From Desulfatiglandales bacterium (GTDB lineage Bacteria; Desulfobacterota; DSM-4660; Desulfatiglandales; Desulfatiglandaceae), in NCBI GenBank assembly GCA_963666345.1, contig OY762721.1, positions 3,392,001-3,456,000 on the forward strand: DNA of 64,000 nt. The letters run 5' to 3'. The translations under genes were made by a program, and so were the position numbers. This document shows positions 19,473 to 27,803 of this stretch, piece after piece. Under the pieces are notes generated by a model. That model searched no databases. It was not told the DNA's origin and saw only the letters and a program-made list of their open reading frames with translations. Each line of letters starts with the position of its first letter. Positions within the stretch are counted from its first letter, which is position 1.

Positions 19473-19670
19473 TTATAAAGCCCCACATCTTTTAAGGATC
19501 TTCTTTCGGCGTATATTTGCCTGCAGTCTCTTTGCTCTTTTACGGTCTGATTTTTTGGGGTTTTTCAACCTTTCAGAGAGGGTCTTGAAACTGCCGTCTT
19601 TCTCAACTTTTTTCCTAAGTTTCAAGATCGCTAATCGAAGGTCACTTTTCCCCACCTTGACGCTAAGCAT
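19473..19670 (-). CDS. rpsU: Ribosomal protein bS21-like protein (element-encoded, divergent)
   Basis: 65 aa MLSVKVGKSDLRLAILKLRKKVEKDGSFKTLSERLKNPKKSDRKRAKRLQANIRRKK fits the bS21 pattern VKV...A(L/I)xx(F/L)xxxxEKxG...R...KxS..RKRAK; GGAAGGG RBS. Confidence 0.65.
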   Translation of the reverse strand: MLSVKVGKSDLRLAILKLRKKVEKDGSFKTLSERLKNPKKSDRKRAKRLQANIRRKKILKRCGAL

Positions 19671-19740
19671 AACTATCCCTTCCAGGCATCGCTTGCCTTT
19701 TGTGTGCTGTTCAGTGTTAATTGTATAATTGATAAGAGAT

Positions 19741-19944
19741 TTAATTTTGGGAGTAGGGAAGGGATTCAATAAACTTTCTGACATCAACGGAGTCAAATAG
19801 AACTCGGCGGCCTAACCGCTTGGCCTTGATAGGAAAAGGGTTCTTTGCTTTACGACAAATCCTATTTCGTATGGTGCGCGGTGAAAGGTTTAATCTATTG
19901 GCAACCTGTTCAACTGATAACAGTTGCCGCTGCTCCTGGCTCAT
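19741..19944 (-). CDS. AlpA/excisionase-like HTH protein
   Basis: LLSVEQVANRLNLSPRTIRN...FP...RLGRRVLFD. Confidence 0.82.
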   Translation of the reverse strand: MSQEQRQLLSVEQVANRLNLSPRTIRNRICRKAKNPFPIKAKRLGRRVLFDSVDVRKFIESLPYSQN

Positions 19945-20119
19945 GACGCCCCCCTTTGGTTAAATTGTTATTGTTGACAAGACATCGGAAACACTTATTC
20001 TTAAGAATCCTTTTTAATACCTCGTAACCCTTTGTATTATCAGATTCAGTTAGACCCTGAATCCTAACGCTTTCAATCGGACATCCTTTGTCTGATTTAC
20101 ATTCAAAAGTTATTTCCAA
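19910..20119 (-). CDS. Small hypothetical protein (TTG start)
   Basis: AAGGAGGT RBS before TTG 20119; fills the gap between prim-pol and alpA. Confidence 0.5.
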   Translation of the reverse strand: MEITFECKSDKGCPIESVRIQGLTESDNTKGYEVLKRILKNKCFRCLVNNNNLTKGGRHEPGAAATVIS

Positions 20120-20217
20120 GAATCCACCTCCTTTAATTGTTTTTAGCCCCTGTTCTAATTTTTTATTGCCCGCCCGTTCCCGGTCCCCGGAGCTAGCGAA
20201 GGACCACACCAAATATG

Positions 20218-21834
20218 TTATTTATGCCATTTATCTGTTGGCACAATTTCGCACCCCTTAACGATCTTAAAAGTTCGCTTTAGGTAATTTGGGTTATGTC
20301 CCTGCCTTGCCCAGGCTTTAGCCTTCCTGATTGTGATAATGGTTCCGTCTGGCGGATTCTGGTCAAGATTTAGATAAAGCCTCGGTTTCTCAAGGCCAAA
20401 GTCTCCGCCCCGCCCCTCTGCCTTATCTTGTGACTTCTGAAGACATACAATGCAGATTCCTTTGTCTAGCTTTTCATATATCCGCTTTAGGTCCGCCGAT
20501 ATCTTCCAGAAGTCAGAGCTAATTTCATAAAAGTCAATTATATTGAAGTCATTCGGTAGGATTGCATCTGAGAAGTTTGAGGACCTTTCCCTGAAGTCAA
20601 GAGACTTCCATTCATCAAGAGGTACAGGAAACAGCTTTAATCTTGTCTTTAGTTCCTGACTTCCCATTTCTGAGGAAAGATAACGCACCTTGTGGCGCTT
20701 CCTGTTCATATAGGCAAGGTTTAAGGCAAGGGCGCTTTTGCCTGCGTTTTGGGTCCCTGCGATTACAGCAATGTTTTTAGGATATAGCGTTGCAAGTTTT
20801 TCGATCCCTAGAGGCCATTGAATATTAAAGGGTGCATCATCTGCCGTTTGCCAGTCTATGGCATCGCATTCAGACTCAACCTTTCGATACTGCCCGCGCT
20901 TGTTTCCGTATTTCTCAATTATTCCTTCTGCCTTGAGTCTTGACAAATAGACCTTTACAGCGTTTCTTTCTTCCCTTGTTACTATCTGTAACTCTTTGTA
21001 ACTATCTGTTACTAAAAAGTAACCATCTGTTACTAACACCCACTCGCGGACCTCTTCAGCAAGGTTCCTCTCGCGCCTCTGTAACCTTTTCATGGCTGAT
21101 TGAATTTTTACTGAAATATCTCTTTCAGGATATGGAGGATTGCAGGCTTTTGATGCTATAACCCTAAGATATTGCTGTATTTCTTCTTGAGGCATCCCGC
21201 CTTTTACAAGATAATTGGTAAGGTGAAAAAGGTCATTATCACGACGGCCTTGTGTAAGTAAATTGTTACTATCTGTTACTATTTGTAACCTTTTGTTACT
21301 ATCTGGACTGGACCCCTCTATATAAATGCTTTTATTTAAAGAATTATATATAGGCTGCGGCAGCGGCTCGGTTTGAACCTCGCCTAATGACTTACCCGGT
21401 ACCCAGGCATAAGGCTTGCCGTTTTCTCCAATGCTTGGAGGTGCGACGATATATCCGCCCTGACCCCGGTAATCGACATCTTGAATAAAGCCTGTTGCAT
21501 TGCCTAGGCCCTCTCTATGACTAACGTATAAATGCCGACCTCCGCGCGGCGTTGTCGCTTCTGCCGTTTTAAACCCTTCAGGAAGTAGCTTTGTGACCTC
21601 AGAAAAGCCCTTGCCTGAATCAATGTCTATGACATCAACATTGCTTAGATCACCTGTGACAATGCCGATATTTGCATCAGGCCACTTTTGCCACCATTCA
21701 TTGACTTGATCCGTAGTCGGCCTTTCTTTTTGGAATTTTTCCCATTTGACTAGGGGCTTTTTGCCCTTTGCCTGAATGGGAATTACTGAAAGCCCTGCGC
21801 TTTCATACCTTAAGGCATCGTTTGAAAAGTTCAT
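20218..21834 (-). CDS. Bifunctional primase-polymerase (Prim-Pol) fused to a RecA/DnaB-like helicase domain
   Basis: GLSVIP..KKP, WPDANIGIVTG, DVIDID, TPRGGRHLY, GGYIVAPPS; C-terminal Walker A AGTQNAGKS. Confidence 0.88.
   Translation of the reverse strand: MNFSNDALRYESAGLSVIPIQAKGKKPLVKWEKFQKERPTTDQVNEWWQKWPDANIGIVTGDLSNVDVIDIDSGKGFSEVTKLLPEGFKTAEATTPRGGRHLYVSHREGLGNATGFIQDVDYRGQGGYIVAPPSIGENGKPYAWVPGKSLGEVQTEPLPQPIYNSLNKSIYIEGSSPDSNKRLQIVTDSNNLLTQGRRDNDLFHLTNYLVKGGMPQEEIQQYLRVIASKACNPPYPERDISVKIQSAMKRLQRRERNLAEEVREWVLVTDGYFLVTDSYKELQIVTREERNAVKVYLSRLKAEGIIEKYGNKRGQYRKVESECDAIDWQTADDAPFNIQWPLGIEKLATLYPKNIAVIAGTQNAGKSALALNLAYMNRKRHKVRYLSSEMGSQELKTRLKLFPVPLDEWKSLDFRERSSNFSDAILPNDFNIIDFYEISSDFWKISADLKRIYEKLDKGICIVCLQKSQDKAEGRGGDFGLEKPRLYLNLDQNPPDGTIITIRKAKAWARQGHNPNYLKRTFKIVKGCEIVPTDKWHK
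20977..21037. repeat. Iteron array 1 inside the prim-pol gene (six 10-bp units, consensus TGT(T/A)ACTATC)
   Basis: TGTTACTATC TGTAACTCTT TGTAACTATC TGTTACTAAA (A) AGTAACCATC TGTTACTAAC. Confidence 0.75.
21264..21303. repeat. Iteron array 2 inside the prim-pol gene (four 10-bp units) next to an AT-rich tract
   Basis: TGTTACTATC TGTTACTATT TGTAACCTTT TGTTACTATC followed by AT-rich 21317-21352. Confidence 0.75.
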
Positions 21835-21901
21835 TTTGTTCTAGCTCCTATCCCGGACACTCCGCCCGGAAGTTGGCTTTCAAGAAGCTCGGAGTTAGGT
21901 G

Positions 21902-22102
21902 TTAAAAAACCTCTTTTTCACTGACCCCCAGGAAATGACAGATTTTTTCCTTCATTTCCTGCGTGGGCGTTTCGTACCCTCGGATAACCTTTGAAACTCG
22001 GCTTTCTGCAATCCGTGTTTGAAATGCCAAATCTCTTTGGCTTACACCCTTCAGAAAAATTGCATTCCGTAACTTGATATTTCTTTCAGTTTCCATGATC
22101 AC
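21902..22102 (-). CDS. Cro/XRE-family HTH regulator
   Basis: GVSQRDLAFQTRIAESRVSKVIRGYETP. Confidence 0.82.
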   Translation of the reverse strand: MIMETERNIKLRNAIFLKGVSQRDLAFQTRIAESRVSKVIRGYETPTQEMKEKICHFLGVSEKEVF

Positions 22103-22400
22103 CTCCCTTAAATAAATATTGTTTGAATCTACGGTAAAAAAACATTTCTCCTTCCCGTCATTGACAATTTAGACAAAATTATCTGTTTTATCTTGTCAAT
22201 TTGGTATCTTATCCGCCTATGCGGATAAATCATACCCGGCCCCGATACTCTACTAGCTATCTGCTTATAGGTAAGTGGTGGATCTCCATAAAAAAGACTT
22301 AGGCATTTGTTTTGAAGTTAGGTTCTGGGGAAGGAGAAATATCAGACAGATATAAACGATAAATCAAATTACTGATTTATATGAATCAAAAAAAAGACTG

Positions 22401-22835
22401 TTAAAGAATGCCTTCCGCTATGGCGTTGAGGTTGACAAGTAGAAGAGACCTTCGATTACCTAGCTTATGGGTAAGCTCTCTGTGTTTATGTGAACGATGA
22501 ACCTTGATATGCTCCGACACTTCCACTGTGTACCATTCATTAGTGTTGCCGATAAAATTGTTGGGGTCTAGGAAATCGAAATTCGGTTCGTTTCTAAATT
22601 CTTTGTATAGTTGAAAAAATCTCTTTATCTTGCGGAACTCAATGTTTAATTCGGCCAGTTCTTTAATTAATGCTAACTCTAGTAAGTTCCTTTTTGTATA
22701 TCTGCGGGGGACACCTCTTCCAGGCTGCTTGCTGTCTTCTTCAAGCGTCAACAGCCCTTCATCTGAATAGAACTGTATCCGTCGCCCTGGTAGGCCAATA
22801 AGTTTTTCAATATCTTTTCGGGTGTATGTTTCCAT
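22401..22835 (-). CDS. MerR-like HTH protein
   Basis: YTRKDIEKLIGLPGRRIQFYSDEGLL...GRGVPRRYT. Confidence 0.75.
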   Translation of the reverse strand: METYTRKDIEKLIGLPGRRIQFYSDEGLLTLEEDSKQPGRGVPRRYTKRNLLELALIKELAELNIEFRKIKRFFQLYKEFRNEPNFDFLDPNNFIGNTNEWYTVEVSEHIKVHRSHKHRELTHKLGNRRSLLLVNLNAIAEGIL

Positions 22836-23002
22836 AATTTAAAAGTCGTAATCAGATTTATGATTTATAATAAAGTAAAAAAAATATATGTCAAGCGCTA
22901 ATGCTGCATTGATGGGCCATAAATCAGATTAATGGTTATTCCCTTTCACTAATAAGCATAAATTCCTAAAATGTTATATATCTTATTGATATTAAATCCA
23001 AA

Positions 23003-24288
23003 TTAGTCAATGGGCGTTTTTACGAAAAAACCGTGTTCTGTGTACTCGTCTTTATATTTTGAAAAGTCTATTCTGTCTTCAGGGTAATTTCTTGGCATTA
23101 AATCATATTCTCGGCCTAGATCCAGACTTTTAAGCTTTGCACAGGTCCCGCACTGTTCTTTCGGTAATCCATGAATACAGAGAAAGCAGAAAGATTCTGG
23201 CCCATTGCTTGAATTATCTAAATAACGCCGCTCAATAAATAAATTGTCCTTATCGAATCTTTTCAGAATATCATCGGCTTGGGTTATGTTGTTTACCAAA
23301 AACCCCTGGCAAACCTGGCTCCGCTTGCCTACTTCATTGTTTATAAGCAAAAGGGAATAGCCATCTGTTCCACAAGAAGTCGTTCTAAAGAACTTTAGAA
23401 ATTTATACAAGCCTTGCTGTATGTATGGGGTGCATTCCTTGCACTTTGCCGATCCAACATCCCTGTGACATAAATCACATAGTAAGCCCCTGGAGCTTTG
23501 TCCCTTTCTTGTGTCTGTCTTTTCAGGTTCTTTATATTTTAATGCAAGGCTTGCTTCAATAAAACTTCCCTGTTCAATGGTTAATTTAAACGGGTCTGAT
23601 TCCCCCCTAGATCCTATTGATTCTAACCCGTTATCAATAAGGGTCTGCCCCGGTTTTTCTCCTGTTCCCCTGTCAATTTTACCAAACACTTCAAAAAGTT
23701 CTTTATCATCAAACTTATCATTATATTGATTATATGAAAATTCCGGTTTCCAGTTTTCCTCATCAAAAGGTTTTTGCTTTGGCATCGCACGGACACCGAT
23801 TAACCAAAAAATCTTCATCATTCTATGTAAGCTGATTCTGTTTTTTATGTACCTTAAAGGATCTTGAAGTAGTGGGATAGCTTCGCCATTTACAGCAAGC
23901 ATCTTTCCCTTATCGGCTCTAAGTGCATAATGAAAGGCGTAATCACAATTATATTTTGTCCCCAGCCCGGCAAGTTTTTTTCTGCTCGCTTTATTTAACG
24001 GGTCCCTATTCATAAAAGCATAAAGGGGCAGACAGGGGATAAGCGCATCTTTCAAACCTGTATGCTTGCATAGATCTTTGAAAAATCTCTTTAGGTATGG
24101 CTTTTTTGTCAAAGATCCATCTTTTATTTTTTTTCTTTTTGCAGATTGAATTAAGTTATCAACCTTTTTTGTATCAACCTCCATTAAATATGCTGCGTCT
24201 GGATATTTATACTTTTGACCATAAACTAAATTTAAGGCCATGTTTTCTTGAATGGAAAGCCCTTCAATGTTAGCCCATTCGGTTCTAT
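23003..24288 (-). pseudogene. C-terminal part of an IS-interrupted Cys-rich protein with a sigma70 region-4-like HTH
   Basis: Frame joins 26743-27172 across IS copy 2 (..EANRTEW..); EGLSIQENMALNLVYGQKYKYPDAAYLMEVDTKKVDNLIQSAKRK; CDLC..CKEC and CFLC..CGTC. Confidence 0.7.
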
Positions 24289-24402
24289 TGTGAATCGGCA
24301 TGCAAAAATGACCCACCTATAGGGCGAATCGGCGTCCAAAATTGACCCACCCCTGAAAGCCTTCTATTCTGCTGTGACTATGGTAGAAGGAGGCGGAAAG
24401 GG

Positions 24403-25920
24403 ATGCTCACAGTGGAAACAATCCGTAAGATACGATTAGCTGTTCTCAGAGATGGCAAATCCATACGTCAGACAGCGAAGGATCTGCGCCTTAGCAAAAA
24501 TACAGTAAAAAAGGCGATAAGGAGCGGAGAAACATCTTTTCAGTACGAACGAAGCAACCAGCCAAGACCCAAGCTGGGGCCGTTTATAGACATGCTGAAA
24601 GGCTTTCTGGAAGAAGACGAGAAACTGCCCAAAAAACTGCGCAGGACAGCCCAGATACTTTTTGAAGAGCTGCAACTCAACGGCTACGAAGGTGGCTATG
24701 ACAGCGTACGGAGATATGTTCAAAGATGGCGCCAGGATCAAAGGAGCTTGCCAAAGGAGGTATTTATACCTTTGGTATTTGATCCTGCAGAAGCCTTTCA
24801 GTTTGACTGGAGTCATGAGTGGGTAGATCTGGACGGAAGCAGAGTAAAGGCAAAGGTTGCACATATAAGGTTATGTCACAGCCGCTACTTCCTTTGTATT
24901 GCCTACCCCAGAGAAACCCAGGAGATGGTGTTTGATGCCCATATCAGGGCCTTTGAGTTTTTTGGGGGAGTTTGCCGTAAAGGCATCTATGACAATCTCA
25001 AAACAGTGGTTAACAAGATCCTGGGAGGAAGGGAAAGACAGTTCAACAGCCGCTTCAGCCAACTGTGTTCCCATTATTTATTTGAACCGGTAAGCTGCAC
25101 CCCTGCTGCAGGTTGGGAAAAGGGTCAGGTGGAAAACCAGGTAGGTGTGGTCAGAAGGAGATTTTTCACTCCCCGAATCAAGGCCAGGGATTTCACACAC
25201 CTAAACGAGCTGCTTAGAGAACAATGCATCACCTGGGCAAAGACCCGTAAGCATCCAACAATATCTGATAAGACGGTTTGGCAGGTCTACAGTGAAGAGA
25301 GACCCTATCTGATAAATCTACCACCTCTCTTTGATGGATATGCACAACGTCCAGCCAGGGTTACCCCCAGCTCACTTGTAACCTATGACCGGAACCGATA
25401 CAGCGTTAATTGCAGCCAGGTGGGTAAAGCGGTCTATATGAGAGTATATGCCGATCGGATAGTGATAGTAAATAACGGTTGTATCGTAGGAGAGCATGAT
25501 AGGCATTTTGGAAAGAACAAGACTATTTTTAATCCCTGGCATTATGTCCCGGTCCTTGAACGTAAGCCCGGGGCTCTCCGTAATGGAGCCCCCTTTAAAG
25601 ACTGGCAACTTCCCGATCCTGTCGAAGGCGTCCTAAATGGGCTTCAAAACCGTTTTTCCGACTGGGACCGTCAGTTTGTGGCCATTCTAAATGCTGTTCC
25701 TTTCTACGGACTTGAGGCTGTAAGTAAAGCCTGTAAGGAGGCCCTAAAGATAAGGGCCGTAAGTAAAGAGGTGGTTCTCAATCTTTTAAACAGGGATCAG
25801 GATCAGGATTGCACGCCTGATTTGGGTATCCCCTCCCATCTGATTCTCAAGCAAGAGCCCATAGCAGACTGCCGCCGCTATGAACGTTTGGTAAGGGAGG
25901 GATACCATGCTGCGCAATGA
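24403..25920 (+). CDS. istA: IS21 transposase
   Basis: Identical translation to 12983-14500. Confidence 0.95.
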   Translation: MLTVETIRKIRLAVLRDGKSIRQTAKDLRLSKNTVKKAIRSGETSFQYERSNQPRPKLGPFIDMLKGFLEEDEKLPKKLRRTAQILFEELQLNGYEGGYDSVRRYVQRWRQDQRSLPKEVFIPLVFDPAEAFQFDWSHEWVDLDGSRVKAKVAHIRLCHSRYFLCIAYPRETQEMVFDAHIRAFEFFGGVCRKGIYDNLKTVVNKILGGRERQFNSRFSQLCSHYLFEPVSCTPAAGWEKGQVENQVGVVRRRFFTPRIKARDFTHLNELLREQCITWAKTRKHPTISDKTVWQVYSEERPYLINLPPLFDGYAQRPARVTPSSLVTYDRNRYSVNCSQVGKAVYMRVYADRIVIVNNGCIVGEHDRHFGKNKTIFNPWHYVPVLERKPGALRNGAPFKDWQLPDPVEGVLNGLQNRFSDWDRQFVAILNAVPFYGLEAVSKACKEALKIRAVSKEVVLNLLNRDQDQDCTPDLGIPSHLILKQEPIADCRRYERLVREGYHAAQ

Positions 25921-26638
25921 TATCATGGACCAGATGGAAAAACTAAAGTTGCGGGGTATGCAGTCCATTTATGATGAAGTTGTCTCCAATGGACGCAAGA
26001 GCCATTCAACGCCTGAAAAGGTAATCCTGGAACTGCTCAAGGCTGAAGCTGCCGAAAGATATATAAGGAGTATCCGATATCGTATGGGACAGGCCAGGTT
26101 TCCTGTCCTTAAAGATATCGATGGCTTTGATTTTAACGGGGCCTGTGTTGATGAAGCCCAGATTAGGTCTATTTATCAGGGTGATTTTATAGCCGAACAT
26201 ATCAACCTGATTTTTGTAGGTGGCACCGGTACGGGCAAAACCCATTTAGCCATAACTATAGCGGCCCAGGCCATAAGGAATGGCAGGAAGTGCAAGTTTT
26301 ATAACCTGGTGGATCTGGCAAATGAGCTTGAGCAGGAGAAAATGATTGGATTGGCCGGCAAAATCACAGCAAGACTACTTCGATTTGATCTTGTGGTCCT
26401 CGATGAACTGGGTTATCTGCCTTTTTCCAAAAACGGCAGTCAACTGCTCTTTCATCTTATATCAAAACTCTACGAACAGACATCCATAGTAATCACCACC
26501 AACTTGACCTTCGGTGAATGGCCCCAAGTCTTTGGAGATAAAAAAATGACTACGGCCATGCTTGATCGGTTGACTCATCATTGTGAAATTATAGAAACAG
26601 GTAACGAAAGCTGGAGAATGAAACACGCAGCTTCATAG
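25907..26638 (+). CDS. istB: IS21 helper ATPase
   Basis: Identical translation to 14487-15218. Confidence 0.95.
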   Translation: MLRNDIMDQMEKLKLRGMQSIYDEVVSNGRKSHSTPEKVILELLKAEAAERYIRSIRYRMGQARFPVLKDIDGFDFNGACVDEAQIRSIYQGDFIAEHINLIFVGGTGTGKTHLAITIAAQAIRNGRKCKFYNLVDLANELEQEKMIGLAGKITARLLRFDLVVLDELGYLPFSKNGSQLLFHLISKLYEQTSIVITTNLTFGEWPQVFGDKKMTTAMLDRLTHHCEIIETGNESWRMKHAAS

Positions 26639-26741
26639 ATAAAGAAGGGATCAACTACTCAACTATTTAACCATATTTTTTTCTCAGGGGTGGGTCAATT
26701 TTGGACGCCGATGATGGGTCAATTTTCAACGCCTATTGACA

Positions 26742-27172
26742 ATTCTATTGGCTTCTATCAGATCGCTTAAATCAAAATTAGCAGTATCGCTAGCATCTAA
26801 TAACGGACCATACCTAGCTTCTGTGTCTCTAAATCTTTTATTTAAACCGTGGTTAACATATTTCCTTTTTGAATTACACATTACCCATGTCAGTGTTCGA
26901 TCTTCAAAATCATTTTCAGTTGTTGTAGTTGAAAATCTCTTGAATCTGCGCGCTGCTTTCCGATTGCAAGTATCATATCTTTCACAAGTAAAACCTTTTG
27001 CCTTGCAAGGCTTCCTGATTGTTGGCTCTTTCTTGGGGATATTTGGTTCTGTGTCTGTCTGATTGATTTTAACTGTTGGAGGTCTATTTATAGGATATAG
27101 CCAATCCTTGTAGTCATTTTCAGGCATATATAGAGATTTCCGCTTTTCGTTGGCTGGTTTCCAGCGGGTCAT
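26742..27172 (-). pseudogene. N-terminal part of the IS-interrupted Cys-rich protein
   Basis: In frame with 23003-24288 once the IS and one target copy are removed; start uncertain (27172 or 27127). Confidence 0.65.
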
Positions 27173-27308
27173 ATCAGCCCAAAAAGTATCAGCTATGTCA
27201 GTTAATTTAAAGATAACATACCCCCATACAACCAGTTTAAGGGCCACACAATAAAACTCAAGAAAAATCAAAACGCTATTGTAAGAAATCTGGTTCATAG
27301 TCAGCATT

Positions 27309-27368
27309 TTGCTAACATTTTGCTAACACTTGGCGGAAAATACCCCCCTATGTCACCTTATGTCACTA
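27309..27368 (+). repeat. Arm-type sites (TTGCTAAC x2) and TATGTCAC x2 near the right att
   Basis: TTGCTAAC at 27309 and 27320; TATGTCAC tandem at 27349 and 27359. Confidence 0.6.
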
Positions 27369-27460
27369 GGTATCATATAGGCATTTAACTTACTGAATTA
27401 ATTTAAGAATAACGTTAAATTTGACTTATTTAAGCAAAGGAAAGAAAATGTTTATGCGGG

Positions 27461-27476
27461 TTGAAATCCCATATTT
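27461..27476 (+). repeat. Right attachment core (TTGAAATCCCATATTT)
   Basis: Identical to 12082-12097. Confidence 0.85.
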
Positions 27477-27803
27477 CAATGAATATATTCCTGCATACGC
27501 ACCAAAGGGCGTCAATGGGAAAGAGTAAAAAACCGGGCCCGGAGGGTCGGGAATAGGGTTACCCCTGAAAAGAGCAGGCTGCTATGCAGGGCATTTTAAG
27601 ATGCCTAAAGGTAAGTGCCCGGCATTCATAAAATTAAGGAACCCTGCAAGGTCAAGAAACGGCTGAGTGGATCCGATCCTCATTTAGGCAGTTTTAGCTT
27701 TTGAGCATTACAGGTACTTCGATTCATTCGGGGATAGCGATTTATCAGGCCTGGGTCAAAGGACCAAGTATTCTATAATGAAATAAAATATAGGTGGTAA
27801 AAT

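Larger units (their letters stand above)
24289..26741 (+). mobile_element. IS21-family insertion sequence, copy 2 (2453 bp)
   Basis: IRL TGTGAATCGGCATGCAAAAATGACCCA vs reverse-complement IRR TGTCAATAGGCGTTGAAAATTGACCCA; flanked by duplicated TTCTAT(T). Confidence 0.95.
12082..27476 (-). mobile_element. Integrated phage-satellite-like element (about 15.4 kb including two IS21 copies)
   Basis: 16-bp direct repeat TTGAAATCCCATATTT at both ends, tyrosine integrase at one end, phage-type replication, regulatory and packaging genes, visibly AT-richer than flanks. Confidence 0.85.

Noticed and set aside
20977..21303. Possible CRISPR or mini-array
   Set aside because: Units are 10 bp, contiguous, without spacers and inside a coding gene; no cas genes in the window.
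27455..27480. tRNA gene at the att site
   Set aside because: Only a T-arm-like 13-mer is present; no acceptor, D or anticodon arms could be built on either flank.
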